Origin: Planctomycetota bacterium
GTDB taxonomy: Bacteria; Planctomycetota; B15-G4; SIAN01
DNA: 64,000 nt
Direction of reading: 5' to 3'
Assembly (NCBI GenBank): GCA_031409275.1
Contig: JANNXA010000050.1
Location: 96,001-160,000, forward strand
Shown here: positions 47,200-56,345 of the stretch, one piece after another
Layout of the letters: every line of letters starts with the position of its first letter
Numbering within the stretch: the first letter of the stretch is position 1
The notes under the pieces: generated by a model
Seen by the model: the letters and a program-made list of their open reading frames with translations, nothing else
Told to the model about the DNA's origin: nothing
Databases searched by the model: none
Position numbers and translations under genes: made by a program

Positions 47200-47976
47200 A
47201 TGGACCTCACCCAGCTCTTCACGCCCGAGAACCTCGTCGCGCTCTTGACGCTGACCAGCCTCGAGATCGTCCTCGGGATCGACAACGTCGTCTTCATCGC
47301 GATCCTCTGCGGCAAACTCCCGCCCGAGCAGCGCGAGAAGGCGCGCAAGGTCGGTCTGTCGCTGGCGATGCTGATCCGCATCGCACTGCTGCTGGCCATC
47401 GGCTGGCTGGTGAAGCTGACCGATCCGCTCTTCAGCGTCGGACTGCCCTCGGTGCTCGGAGGCTGGAGCCACGGATTCTCGGGGCGCGACCTCATCTTGT
47501 TGGTCGGCGGCCTGTTCCTGGTCGGCAAGGCCACGCTCGAGATCCACCACAAGCTCGAAGGGGTCGAAGGAGCGGGCCCCGTCGGCACTCCGCGCGCGAG
47601 CTACGGCGCCGTGCTGACGCAGATCCTCGTGCTCGACATCGTCTTCTCCCTCGACTCGGTGATCACCGCCGTCGGCATGGCGAACTCGAAGGAAGTGATG
47701 ATCACGGCGGTGGTGATCGCGGTCGGCGTGATGCTGATCTTCTCCGGCCGCATCTCGACCTACATCGAGCACCGTCCGACCCTGAAGATCCTCGCCCTGT
47801 CGTTCCTGCTGCTGATCGGCGTGACGCTGGTCGTCGATGGCAGCGGCGGCCACGTACCGAAGGGCTACGTCTACTTCGCGATGGCCTTCTCGCTCGGCGT
47901 CGAAATGGTGAACCTCAAGATGCGGGCGAAGAGCGAGCCGATCCGCCTGAAGGACTCGCACCTCCCGCCGAGCTAG
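47200..47976 (+). CDS. TerC family integral membrane protein
   Basis: LEIVLGIDNVVFI, KATLEIH, LDIVFSLDSVITAVG, LALSFLLLIG, KGYVYFAMAFS. Confidence 0.92.
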   Translation: MDLTQLFTPENLVALLTLTSLEIVLGIDNVVFIAILCGKLPPEQREKARKVGLSLAMLIRIALLLAIGWLVKLTDPLFSVGLPSVLGGWSHGFSGRDLILLVGGLFLVGKATLEIHHKLEGVEGAGPVGTPRASYGAVLTQILVLDIVFSLDSVITAVGMANSKEVMITAVVIAVGVMLIFSGRISTYIEHRPTLKILALSFLLLIGVTLVVDGSGGHVPKGYVYFAMAFSLGVEMVNLKMRAKSEPIRLKDSHLPPS

Positions 47977-48153
47977 CCCGGTTTGTTCCCGAGCCCCTGC
48001 TGCGGCTCGGTCTGTCGACTCATGACATCGTCGGAAAACCGCGTTCCTTCCTCAGCGGGTCGGCAGACCCGCATCGTCGGAGCCGCGATTTTCCTCCTCG
48101 CCCTGCGCCGACATCCCGTCGCCTCGCTACGGGGCTCGGGAACGAACCGGGCT
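47975..48153. repeat. 179-bp imperfect palindrome (MITE-like element or structured ncRNA)
   Basis: 23-bp terminal inverted repeats at 47975-47997 and 48131-48153 (1 mismatch), internal complementary blocks, and apical hairpin GCGGGTC-GGCA-GACCCGC. Confidence 0.75.
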
Positions 48154-48232
48154 TGGGCCGCTTCGCTACGCTGCGGACCGCCGCGGCGCCCGCTCGGGAC
48201 GGCTTGCGGCGCCAAGCGCCCTGGAGTCCGCG

Positions 48233-50584
48233 ATGCCTGCGCCCACGTTGCCGACCGCCTCGCTTTCGCTCGTTGCGGTGGCCGCCACGACGCTCTTCGC
48301 GTGGCTGCCGATTCGCGACGACCTCGCCAACAAGGTGAAGGCGCGCGAACCCGAGGATCGTGTCGCCGCGGTCGACACCATCCGCCGCGATGGCCACAAG
48401 GACGCGGAGAAGCTGCTGCTCGATGCGCTCGACGATCGCGACTGGGAGGTGATGGAGCATGCGGCACTGGCGCTCAGCGAGCGCGGCAGCGCCGCCAACT
48501 GCGCGGCGCCGCTCTCGAAGCTGACGCTCGAAGGACCGATCCGCCGCGTGCGCCTCGCCGCCGCGCAGGCGCTGGCGAAACTGGCGCCCGATACGGCAGG
48601 CGACCTGCTGACCAAGGCCGCGAAAGGGGCGAACCTTCCGCGCGCGTGCGAAGGGCTCGCCGCCATCGCCGCCACCGTCGGCGAGCGGGCGCGCCCCGGC
48701 CTCGAGACCGGCCTGCTCTCGAAGGAGCCTTCGACGCGCGCGAGCGCCGCGGCCGGCCTGCACGCCTTCGCCGCTGCCGAGCGCGCCACCCACCTCGCCA
48801 CCTGCCTCGACGACGAGGAGCTCACCGTGGGCGCCGCCGCGCTCGACTCGGCGTCGCGCCACCCCGACGCCGCGCTGCTGCCGGCGCTGCTGACCGCACT
48901 GGCGAAGAAGGGGTTGCCTGAGGTCTTCGAGCGCCGCGTCATCAACGCCATCGAGGCGCTCGTCACCGCCACGGCCGAGGCGTCACGCGGCTCGCTGCAG
49001 AGCTCGATCTTCGACGCGGCGCAGAAGATCAACAGCGATCCGCCGCTCTCGCGCTTCGTGCGCCTGGTCGGCCGCCTCGCCGCGAAACCGGTCGACGCTG
49101 CCGCGAAGCCGCTGCTCGCGGCCGACAGCGCGCTCAGCTGGCTCGAGCCGGTCGGCAAGCGCGGCAGCGATGGCGCCGCTGCGGCCGCAGCGCGCGCGAT
49201 CGGCCTCGTCGCCACCAAGAACGCGCTCGAGAAGCTCGCCACGATCGCCAGCAAGAGCAGCGCACCGCGCGTGCGCAGCGTCGCGTTGCGCGGCCTGACC
49301 GCCGCCGCGGGCAGCGACACGGAGCTCTACCGGACCACGGCGATCGAGCTGCTCCGCGACGCCGACGCCGACGTGCGCGAGGACGCAGCCGTCGCGCTCG
49401 GCCGCCCGCTGATGAGCGGCGCCGTCGCGGCGCTGCTGCCGCTGGCGAAGGACCCCGAGTGGCAGGTCGCCGTCGCCGCCATCGTCTCGCTGGGCAAGAC
49501 GCAGGAGCTCGACGCCCTCGCGCCGCTGACGGAGCTGGCCAAGCACAAGGACTGGAAGCTCGCCGGCGCCGCGCTGGTGGGACTTGGCCACATGAAGCAG
49601 AAGGGAGCGATCGCGCCGCTGATCGCCGGGTTGGGCGAGAAGGCGCCGACGCTCAAGTTCACCGCGTTCGAGTTCCTGCGCCGCATGACGCGCGACAAGG
49701 TGCCGGCGAAGGAGAGCTCCTGGAAGAGCTGGTGGACCAAGGCGGAGCCGAGCTTCCAGTTCCCCGATCCCGCCGAGAACGCCAAGCAACAGCAGAAGTA
49801 CGGCTATGCGCCAAGCGCCTACGGCGTCTACGAAGACCTCGACCTGCTGGTCTTCCAGAGCCGCGGTGACCACATCGAGAAGCTGCTCGAGAAGCTCAAG
49901 ATCGACCACCGCAAGACGCATGGCGGCGGCGTGCCCGACTCCGGCGTCTCGCCGCTTGGCATCTACGTGGCGAACTGCACCGGCGAATGCGGGCAGGACG
50001 ATCTCGAGCAGGTGCAGTGGGCCGTGCACGCGGGCGGCTACCTGTTCAGCTCCTGCTGGGCGCTCACCCACCACGCCTCGTTGGTGCGCCCCGGCTTCGC
50101 GCGCATGCTGCCGACGCCCAAGGGCCAGGTGCTCGACCTCGTCACGGCCGAACCTTGCCGCGACAGCCCCTACCTCGCCGGCGTCTTCGATGGCGCCACT
50201 CGCCCGAAGTACGTGCTGGAAGGGGCGCACCTGATCGACGTGATCGACCACGAACGCGTCGAGGTGCTGATCGACAGCCCCGAATGCGCGACGCGCTGGG
50301 GCGGCGGCAACCTCGCCGCCTGGTGGACGATCGGCCACGGCCTGATCCTCGACTCGGTGAATCACTTCGACCTGCAGGGCTTCGAGCGCGCCCCGGTCAT
50401 GAAGGAGCCGCAGGAGCGGATGGCGTACGCCGTCGACGTGCTCGGACTTTCCTACACCGACCTGCGCGACGTTCCGAAAGGCGCCTGGCAGAGCCAGCAG
50501 AAAGCCTCCGAGGAGGTCCGCGACCTCTCCGCTTTCCGTTTCATCACCAACTTCGTCCGCCAGATGCGCAAACGCGGCAGCTGA
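48233..50584 (+). CDS. Secreted HEAT-repeat protein with C-terminal GATase-like domain
   Basis: Signal/anchor segment; repeated HEAT motifs (LRDADADVREDAAVALG, KDPEWQV); C-terminal GDHIEKLL...ANCTG...GGYLFSSCWAL. Confidence 0.8.
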   Translation: MPAPTLPTASLSLVAVAATTLFAWLPIRDDLANKVKAREPEDRVAAVDTIRRDGHKDAEKLLLDALDDRDWEVMEHAALALSERGSAANCAAPLSKLTLEGPIRRVRLAAAQALAKLAPDTAGDLLTKAAKGANLPRACEGLAAIAATVGERARPGLETGLLSKEPSTRASAAAGLHAFAAAERATHLATCLDDEELTVGAAALDSASRHPDAALLPALLTALAKKGLPEVFERRVINAIEALVTATAEASRGSLQSSIFDAAQKINSDPPLSRFVRLVGRLAAKPVDAAAKPLLAADSALSWLEPVGKRGSDGAAAAAARAIGLVATKNALEKLATIASKSSAPRVRSVALRGLTAAAGSDTELYRTTAIELLRDADADVREDAAVALGRPLMSGAVAALLPLAKDPEWQVAVAAIVSLGKTQELDALAPLTELAKHKDWKLAGAALVGLGHMKQKGAIAPLIAGLGEKAPTLKFTAFEFLRRMTRDKVPAKESSWKSWWTKAEPSFQFPDPAENAKQQQKYGYAPSAYGVYEDLDLLVFQSRGDHIEKLLEKLKIDHRKTHGGGVPDSGVSPLGIYVANCTGECGQDDLEQVQWAVHAGGYLFSSCWALTHHASLVRPGFARMLPTPKGQVLDLVTAEPCRDSPYLAGVFDGATRPKYVLEGAHLIDVIDHERVEVLIDSPECATRWGGGNLAAWWTIGHGLILDSVNHFDLQGFERAPVMKEPQERMAYAVDVLGLSYTDLRDVPKGAWQSQQKASEEVRDLSAFRFITNFVRQMRKRGS

Positions 50585-50590
50585 CCCCTC

Positions 50591-51040
50591 GCGCCCCCCT
50601 CTCGCGCGACGCTGGTGTACCCACCAGCCGTCGCCACCACCCTCGCGCGAAGCCGTTGCGCGGCGCTGGCGTCCTCGCCAGCCGCCGCCTCCACCCGCTA
50701 CCGCGCGACGGCGGCGCCGACCCGCGCTCGCTCCGCGACCCGCAAAGTCGCCGACCGTCGCCTCGAACCATTCAGCTGCGAGCCGCGCACCGCGCGGCTT
50801 CGTCAGCTGCAAGAGCAGATCGGCGCCGGAGCGCGCCGACTGCGGTGATCAGCTGCGAAGGCGCCGTTCGCGTCGCGCCCAACGTCGCTCGGCCGATTCG
50901 GCGCCTTCGTCAGCTGCATCACCGACTTCGTCAGCGAATGCGCCATCGCGCCACCTGCCCCCTCGCTCAACGCCGGCGTCCCCACCAGCCGTCGCCTCCA
51001 CCGCCTACCGCGCGACGGCGGCGCCGACCAGCGCTCGCAC
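50591..51040. repeat. Intergenic cluster of degenerate direct repeats and bulged hairpins
   Basis: Related units at about 50591, 50655 and 50950 (a further copy at 51938); hairpins at 50773-50809 and 50843-50924. Confidence 0.7.
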
Positions 51041-51234
51041 TAACCGCACAGGCCCGGACGCGGCCACCCGCGTTTCCCAAGGAGAACATCAACTCAGCGC
51101 GAGTACCAAGCCGCGATCGGCGCGCCCATCCTGCCGAGCGCACCGGCGGGTTTCGCCGCGCCCCGGCTGTCGAGATCTCGACGGAAATCTTCGGAACGTC
51201 GTGGTGAGGAGCAGAGCTCGCGCCCGTCGTCCGA

Positions 51235-51864
51235 TCAGTCGTCGGCCACCGGCGGATCGACGATGACGGTCACTTGTTCGACGTAAAGGCGGGTGGGCGG
51301 TCGCGGCAGGCTGGCCAGGATCGGGCGACAGCAGTAGGTCGGCACTCCGCGGGAGCGACCCGAATGCCGAACCGCGACCGAACCATCGTCCGACCGCAGA
51401 ACGAACTGGCTCCCGGGATTAGTCGTCGCCGCACTGTCGGCCTCGCGCTCGATCGCCACGCCGCGCAGCAGCACCAGCACGTGATCGTCAGCAACGGGGA
51501 GCGGCGGCTCCGAGAAGTCCGCCACCCGGTCACGCTCGAGGAGCCGCCAGGGCTGCTCGGCCAACAGGGAGATCGCCTCGTGCAGATGCGCCCCCGTAAC
51601 GACGGCGAAGCGGGCGCCATCGAGGTTCTCGAATGCTCCACGCGGCAGGTCGCGCGGCCGGCGCGTGAGCCACGACGAGGGGTCGGCAACTACCGTTGAG
51701 GATGAGACCGCGACCTCGATGCTCCGGCCCGGTTCGGACTCGTTCAAGCAGCCCACGCACGTCACGATTGGGACGATCGTGACCGGTGTGCCCGCACAGG
51801 CGGACAAGACAAACACAGTGGCGACGAGTAGCCGTCGCCGGAGTCCCGCGGGATGTCGAACCAC
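51235..51864 (-). CDS. Hypothetical lipoprotein
   Basis: RRRLLVATVFVLSACAG lipobox; non-shadow amino-acid composition. Start uncertain. Confidence 0.55.
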   Translation of the reverse strand: MVRHPAGLRRRLLVATVFVLSACAGTPVTIVPIVTCVGCLNESEPGRSIEVAVSSSTVVADPSSWLTRRPRDLPRGAFENLDGARFAVVTGAHLHEAISLLAEQPWRLLERDRVADFSEPPLPVADDHVLVLLRGVAIEREADSAATTNPGSQFVLRSDDGSVAVRHSGRSRGVPTYCCRPILASLPRPPTRLYVEQVTVIVDPPVADD

Positions 51865-51937
51865 GTCGGATGCACCTAGATTAGTTGCCGCCGGGCGTGT
51901 TCCTGCCCGACGCTTCCGCATCGGCACGGTCGTCGCC

Positions 51938-52000
51938 GCCACCTGCCCTCTCGCGCAACGCCGGCGTCCCCACCAAACGCCGCTTCACCCCCTCGCGCGA
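51938..52000. repeat. Dispersed copy of the 50.6-51.0 kb repeat
   Basis: First 38 nt match 50950-50987 with 2 mismatches. Confidence 0.75.
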
Positions 52001-52023
52001 ACCCGCGGGGCACCACTCCAACC

Positions 52024-52959
52024 TCACTGCCCGAGGAGCTCCCCCTCGCTCTGCGTCAGCTCGCGGTGCAGCGCCTGCAGGCGCGCGGTCAACGGCCCGC
52101 GCTGCCCGTCGCCGATGCGGCGGCCATCGACTTCGCTGACGGGAGCAAGCTCGCCGAGCGTTCCGGTCGTGAACATCTCGTCCGCGGTCCAGATCTCGGT
52201 GAGGCTCAGGTTCTTCTCGAGGCACGGGATCGCGTGCTTCGTGCACAGCTCGAGCACGATGGCGCGCGTGATGCCGGGCAGGCAGGCGTCGGCGAACGGC
52301 GTCAACACGACGCCGCGCCGAACGACGAAGACGTTGGTCGAGTTGGTCTCGGAGACGAAGCCCTGCAGGTCGAGCATGAGCGCTTCGTCGACCCCGGCGA
52401 AGTTCGCCTCGATCTTGGCGAGGATGTTGTTGATCAGGTTGTTGTGGTGGATCTTCGAGTCGACGCACTGCGGCGGATTGCGGCGGATCGCCGCGGTGAT
52501 GAGGCGCTGACCGCGGGCATCGTCGACCGCGACGCCGCGCGTGTCGACGCGCCCCTTCCACTCGGGCAGCACGATGAGCGTCGGCCCGTACTGGTTGTTG
52601 CGCGGGTCCATGCCCGAGGTGACCTTGCGGCCGCGCGTCAAGGTGAGGCGCACGTGAGCGCCGTCGCGCATGCCGTTCCTCGCCAGGCACTCGACGATGG
52701 CGCGCTTCACTTCGTCACGGGTGGGCACGGCGGCGAAGGCCATGGCATGCGCCGACGCCAGCAGCCGATCCAGGTGGCGATCGAGCGCGAAGATGCGGCC
52801 GCCGTAGACGCGCAGCCCCTCCCACACCGCATCGCCGCCCTGCACCACGCTGTCGAAGACGGAGACCTTCGCCTGGTCGCGCGGCAGGAGCTCGCCGCCG
52901 ACATGGACCCAGATCGACTCGTTGCGCGGATCGGGCAGCTTGGGGTTCGCAGGTTTCAC
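52024..52959 (-). CDS. Class IV aminotransferase (BCAT-like)
   Basis: AKVSVFDSVVQGGDAVWEGLR, HLDRL, EALMLD.QGFVSETNSTNVF, LPGITR, ADEMFTTGT. Confidence 0.88.
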   Translation of the reverse strand: MKPANPKLPDPRNESIWVHVGGELLPRDQAKVSVFDSVVQGGDAVWEGLRVYGGRIFALDRHLDRLLASAHAMAFAAVPTRDEVKRAIVECLARNGMRDGAHVRLTLTRGRKVTSGMDPRNNQYGPTLIVLPEWKGRVDTRGVAVDDARGQRLITAAIRRNPPQCVDSKIHHNNLINNILAKIEANFAGVDEALMLDLQGFVSETNSTNVFVVRRGVVLTPFADACLPGITRAIVLELCTKHAIPCLEKNLSLTEIWTADEMFTTGTLGELAPVSEVDGRRIGDGQRGPLTARLQALHRELTQSEGELLGQ

Positions 52960-52981
52960 GGCGGTCCTTTCGATCGAGCGC

Positions 52982-53797
52982 TCAGGAAGCGGGCACGCGC
53001 GCGCGAATCGCGTGCTGCATGAGCCGCGCGTACCAGGGACGACATTCGTCGGCGAGCGGCTTCAGGCTCTCCGGCATCGCCTCCGTCTTCGGGCGCCAAC
53101 GGTCGAATCCCGTCGAGCGCTGAACGTTCTGGTACCAGTGAGGTGCCCAGACGCCGTCGAACGGCCGCGGGCCGGCCGGCCACGCCAGCATCGCTCGATC
53201 GAAGGGCAGCGCGATCCGGCGACAGAGCTCGCCGAGCACCCCTTCCGGGTCGTTCAGCAGCTCCTTGGAATCGAGCACCGGCGGCACCTGGCCGGCCGCA
53301 TGCAATTCGTCCAGCAACTGCGACTGCGACTGGATGCCGACGTCGCGCAACGTCGGCGCCTGGATCTGGTGGCGCAGCGTCAACACCACTTCGGCCGGGT
53401 CGCGGATCAGCAGCACGTTCATCGTCTGGCGCAGGAACCCGCGATCGAGATCGACGAGGTGATGCGCCATGTGCTTCTGGAAATGGAGCGGCCGATCGCA
53501 TGGACCGAAGATGACGTCGCGAACGACGGCCGCGCCATCCTGGTGCTGCGCGCGCAGCACGTCGTTGCGACCGGGGTGGTCGGCACCGCTGACGCGCAAG
53601 TAGTGGGCGTAGAGCGGCTCATCGACGCAGCGCGTATCGCGGCGCTGCCCGAAGGCGTACATGAGCGCCGTCGAGACGTTGCGCGGCCCCGACCAGAGAC
53701 AGAGGCGCCGCACCGCGGACGCTTCGCCCGGCGCGCGAAAGAGCCCTGGTGGCGGCAGGTTGCTGCCCAGTCGATTCGGCCAGGTCGGACCACTCAT
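52982..53797 (-). CDS. Sulfotransferase-like P-loop protein (BCAT-like protein N-terminal family)
   Basis: LWSGPRNVSTALMYAF, DEPLYAHYL, FQKHMAHH, LLIRDP, DGVWAPHWY, STGF. Confidence 0.82.
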   Translation of the reverse strand: MSGPTWPNRLGSNLPPPGLFRAPGEASAVRRLCLWSGPRNVSTALMYAFGQRRDTRCVDEPLYAHYLRVSGADHPGRNDVLRAQHQDGAAVVRDVIFGPCDRPLHFQKHMAHHLVDLDRGFLRQTMNVLLIRDPAEVVLTLRHQIQAPTLRDVGIQSQSQLLDELHAAGQVPPVLDSKELLNDPEGVLGELCRRIALPFDRAMLAWPAGPRPFDGVWAPHWYQNVQRSTGFDRWRPKTEAMPESLKPLADECRPWYARLMQHAIRARVPAS

Positions 53798-53835
53798 CGC
53801 ACGCTCGCTCCGTAGGCGCCGCGCACGACCTGCGG

Positions 53836-54684
53836 TCAGGCGCTGGCGGTCGCGATCGTAGGCGCAAAGAGGCCGCGTGCACGCGTCCCGCAACGCGGGC
53901 AGCGGCGGCCGTCGGCGAGGAAGCTCTGCGGCTGGCCGAAGAAGCGCTCGATCAGGACGACGTCACGGCACACCGGGCAGAAGGTGATCTCGCGATCGCC
54001 GCTCGCCGCTTCGGGAGCGTAGACGTTCTCGAGCCCGGCGCGCTCGCCCGCACGGACGGCCTGGGCGACGACGCTCGTGGCGAGCTGCTTCTGGTGCGCG
54101 ACGAGCTGACGGACGCACCGCAGGTGCCACGGCATCGCGCCATCGATCGCCTTGAGCGAGAGCGCCGTCTCGACGAGGTCGCGGGCGGACGCGTTCCCAT
54201 CGAGCAGCGTGACGACCTCGACCCACACGCCGGCGTGGCGCAGCCGGGCGAGCACTTCTCGCATCGGGTGCGACGCGTCGGCTGAGTCGTTGCGTGCGCG
54301 GAATGGCGCGATCTCGAGGACCACCGCGTCGAGGCTCGGCGCGAACGCGTCGCACTCCGGGACGCTGAGCCGCTCGCCACAGCGCAGCACGGTGGCGAGG
54401 CCCGACTGACGCGCGAACGCGAGCGCTGCGAGGAGCGGCCCGACCGGAGCGCGGGGCCCCTCGTGGGTGAAACCGACCGAAGCGCAACGACCGGTGGCGG
54501 CGAGCGAAGGCAGTGCGTCGAGCGGCCAGGAGGGCCCCTCGATCGCGTCCACGCTGCCGTCATCACCCTCCGCGTGGGCGAGCCCCACCACGAGCGCGCG
54601 GCTGCCGGGCAGAACGTGATAGAGGCCAAGCGATTCGATTGGCCGCGAAGCGACGCCGACCAGCACTGGTTCCTTGTTCGTCAT
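53836..54684 (-). CDS. Degenerate AmmeMemoRadiSam (AmrS)/PFL-activase-like protein lacking CxxxCxxC
   Basis: PIESLGLYHVLPGSRAL, GVWVEVVTLL, MPWH, AGLENVY, FCPVC...LIER...CPRCG follow the AmrS layout. Confidence 0.65.
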   Translation of the reverse strand: MTNKEPVLVGVASRPIESLGLYHVLPGSRALVVGLAHAEGDDGSVDAIEGPSWPLDALPSLAATGRCASVGFTHEGPRAPVGPLLAALAFARQSGLATVLRCGERLSVPECDAFAPSLDAVVLEIAPFRARNDSADASHPMREVLARLRHAGVWVEVVTLLDGNASARDLVETALSLKAIDGAMPWHLRCVRQLVAHQKQLATSVVAQAVRAGERAGLENVYAPEAASGDREITFCPVCRDVVLIERFFGQPQSFLADGRRCPRCGTRARGLFAPTIATASA

Positions 54685-54793
54685 CCGCGAACCCCCGTCC
54701 GCGACGGAGCGTCGCGCGTCCGCCTCTAGGACGGCTCACGAACGGGGGTAACCCCGGGGCAACCCGGTGAACGAAGGCGCGGCCAGCGACCTC

Positions 54794-56266
54794 TCAGCTG
54801 TTTCCCGCCGCGTTCAGCTTGTCGATCTCCGCTTGGGCGAACGGGAAGCCGGCGGCCTTGGACGCGTCGACCGCCTTCTGCCCGGCCGCCTTCAGTTCGG
54901 CGACGAGCTCCGGCAACCCCGCCAGGTTGTTGGCGGCTTTGATCGCGTTGCTCAACGCCTTGGCGTAGTTGGTGCTGACGGTCGCCCGCTCGCCCTTCGA
55001 GAGTTTCTCGGCCGCGGCTTCGAGGCTGCGGTTGATCTCGGTGATGAACGACTTCGCGTAGCTGGTGCCTTGGCGCAGCTCGAACGCGACCTCCTCATCG
55101 ACGTCCTTCAGGTTCTTGTAGTTGGGGTTGTTGTCGCGGAACTTCTTGCGCAGCGTGTAGGCCTTGCCGTAGTGCTCGAGCTTGCTCTCGAACGTCGCGT
55201 AGATCTCGGTGTCCCACCAGATGTCGGGTCGCGGGAAGGGGTCCGCCGAGTTGTAGCGCCGCTTCAAGGACTCGGCCCACGCGCGCACGGTCCCGGCGTT
55301 GGCGCCGGTCGGGAAGCGCTGGAGGTAGTAGTCGAGGCGCTGCTCGACGAAGTAGCGGGCCGTCGCGGGATCGTTCAGGTAGTCCTTCCCCTTGAACGTC
55401 TTCGACTTCTCGTCGACGTACATCTCGTAGAAGGGCTTCAGGTTGGAGAAGAAGTAGGCGTCCTCCTGACGCTCGTCATGCACTTCGACCGTCTTCGTCT
55501 TCTGGAGCATGATGCGGTCGCGGATGACGGTGGCCGACATGTGGTCGCCACTGCCTTCCTTGACGCCTCGCAGCACGGCGTTCACCTCGGCGAGCGCCTC
55601 ATCCACGTTGTTCTGCGCGGCGAGACTCTCCGCCTTCGCAAGGCGCACCTTGACGTCGTCATCGCTGTTCATCGCCTTGAACAGCAAGAAGATGAGGATG
55701 CCGAGCGAGACGACCGAGATGCCCACCGTCATCATCGGGTTGCGGCCCGACCCGCGGCTCAGCTTGCGTTCGGCGCGCGACGACCCCGATTCGGGCTCCT
55801 CCTCCTCTTCTTCTTCGCGGCTCCGGCGACCGCCGCGCGCCGCGGTCACCCGCGACGGGCGCCGCGCCGAACTGCTCGAGGCCGCACGACTAGGCGCCGG
55901 GCGCGGGGCCGGCGCGGGAGCGGCCGGCGCCGCGGCAACCGGACGCGCGGGAGCGGCGGCCGCAGGGCGCGGGGCCGCGGTGCTACCGCCCGCCTTGAAG
56001 CTGAGCTGAGTCGCGCCGACCTGCACGACGTCGCCGTCGAGCAGTACCTTCTCCTTCACCCTCTGACCATTGACCTGAGTGCCGTCGGGGCTGCCAAGGT
56101 CGATCAACTTCAGGTTGGCGCCGCTCTTCAGGATCTGGCAGTGCTTGGGGGCGCCGCCGGCGACGCGAATCTCGCAATCCTCGGCCGAGCCGATGAAGGT
56201 CACGTCATCGAGGAGCTCGTGACCACGCTCTTTGCCGCTCGCCAGCTTCACCATCAACCAAGCCAT
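54794..56266 (-). CDS. FHA-domain single-pass membrane protein
   Basis: N-terminal FHA fold (FIGS..C, LIDLGSPDGTQVNG, LLDGDVVQVG), Pro/Ala linker, TM segment; SD AAGGAG. Confidence 0.85.
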   Translation of the reverse strand: MAWLMVKLASGKERGHELLDDVTFIGSAEDCEIRVAGGAPKHCQILKSGANLKLIDLGSPDGTQVNGQRVKEKVLLDGDVVQVGATQLSFKAGGSTAAPRPAAAAPARPVAAAPAAPAPAPRPAPSRAASSSSARRPSRVTAARGGRRSREEEEEEEPESGSSRAERKLSRGSGRNPMMTVGISVVSLGILIFLLFKAMNSDDDVKVRLAKAESLAAQNNVDEALAEVNAVLRGVKEGSGDHMSATVIRDRIMLQKTKTVEVHDERQEDAYFFSNLKPFYEMYVDEKSKTFKGKDYLNDPATARYFVEQRLDYYLQRFPTGANAGTVRAWAESLKRRYNSADPFPRPDIWWDTEIYATFESKLEHYGKAYTLRKKFRDNNPNYKNLKDVDEEVAFELRQGTSYAKSFITEINRSLEAAAEKLSKGERATVSTNYAKALSNAIKAANNLAGLPELVAELKAAGQKAVDASKAAGFPFAQAEIDKLNAAGNS

Positions 56267-56345
56267 CACGATCTCCTTTGCAGCGGCAGGCGGCGCCGCG
56301 GTTGCGTCCTTGCTCGGAGCCGACAGGGTAGCCCGCTCGCAGCGA

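Noticed and set aside
50773..50924. Integron attC sites
   Set aside because: No RYYYAAC/GTTRRRY core sites and no integrase in the window; kept only as an unexplained hairpin family.
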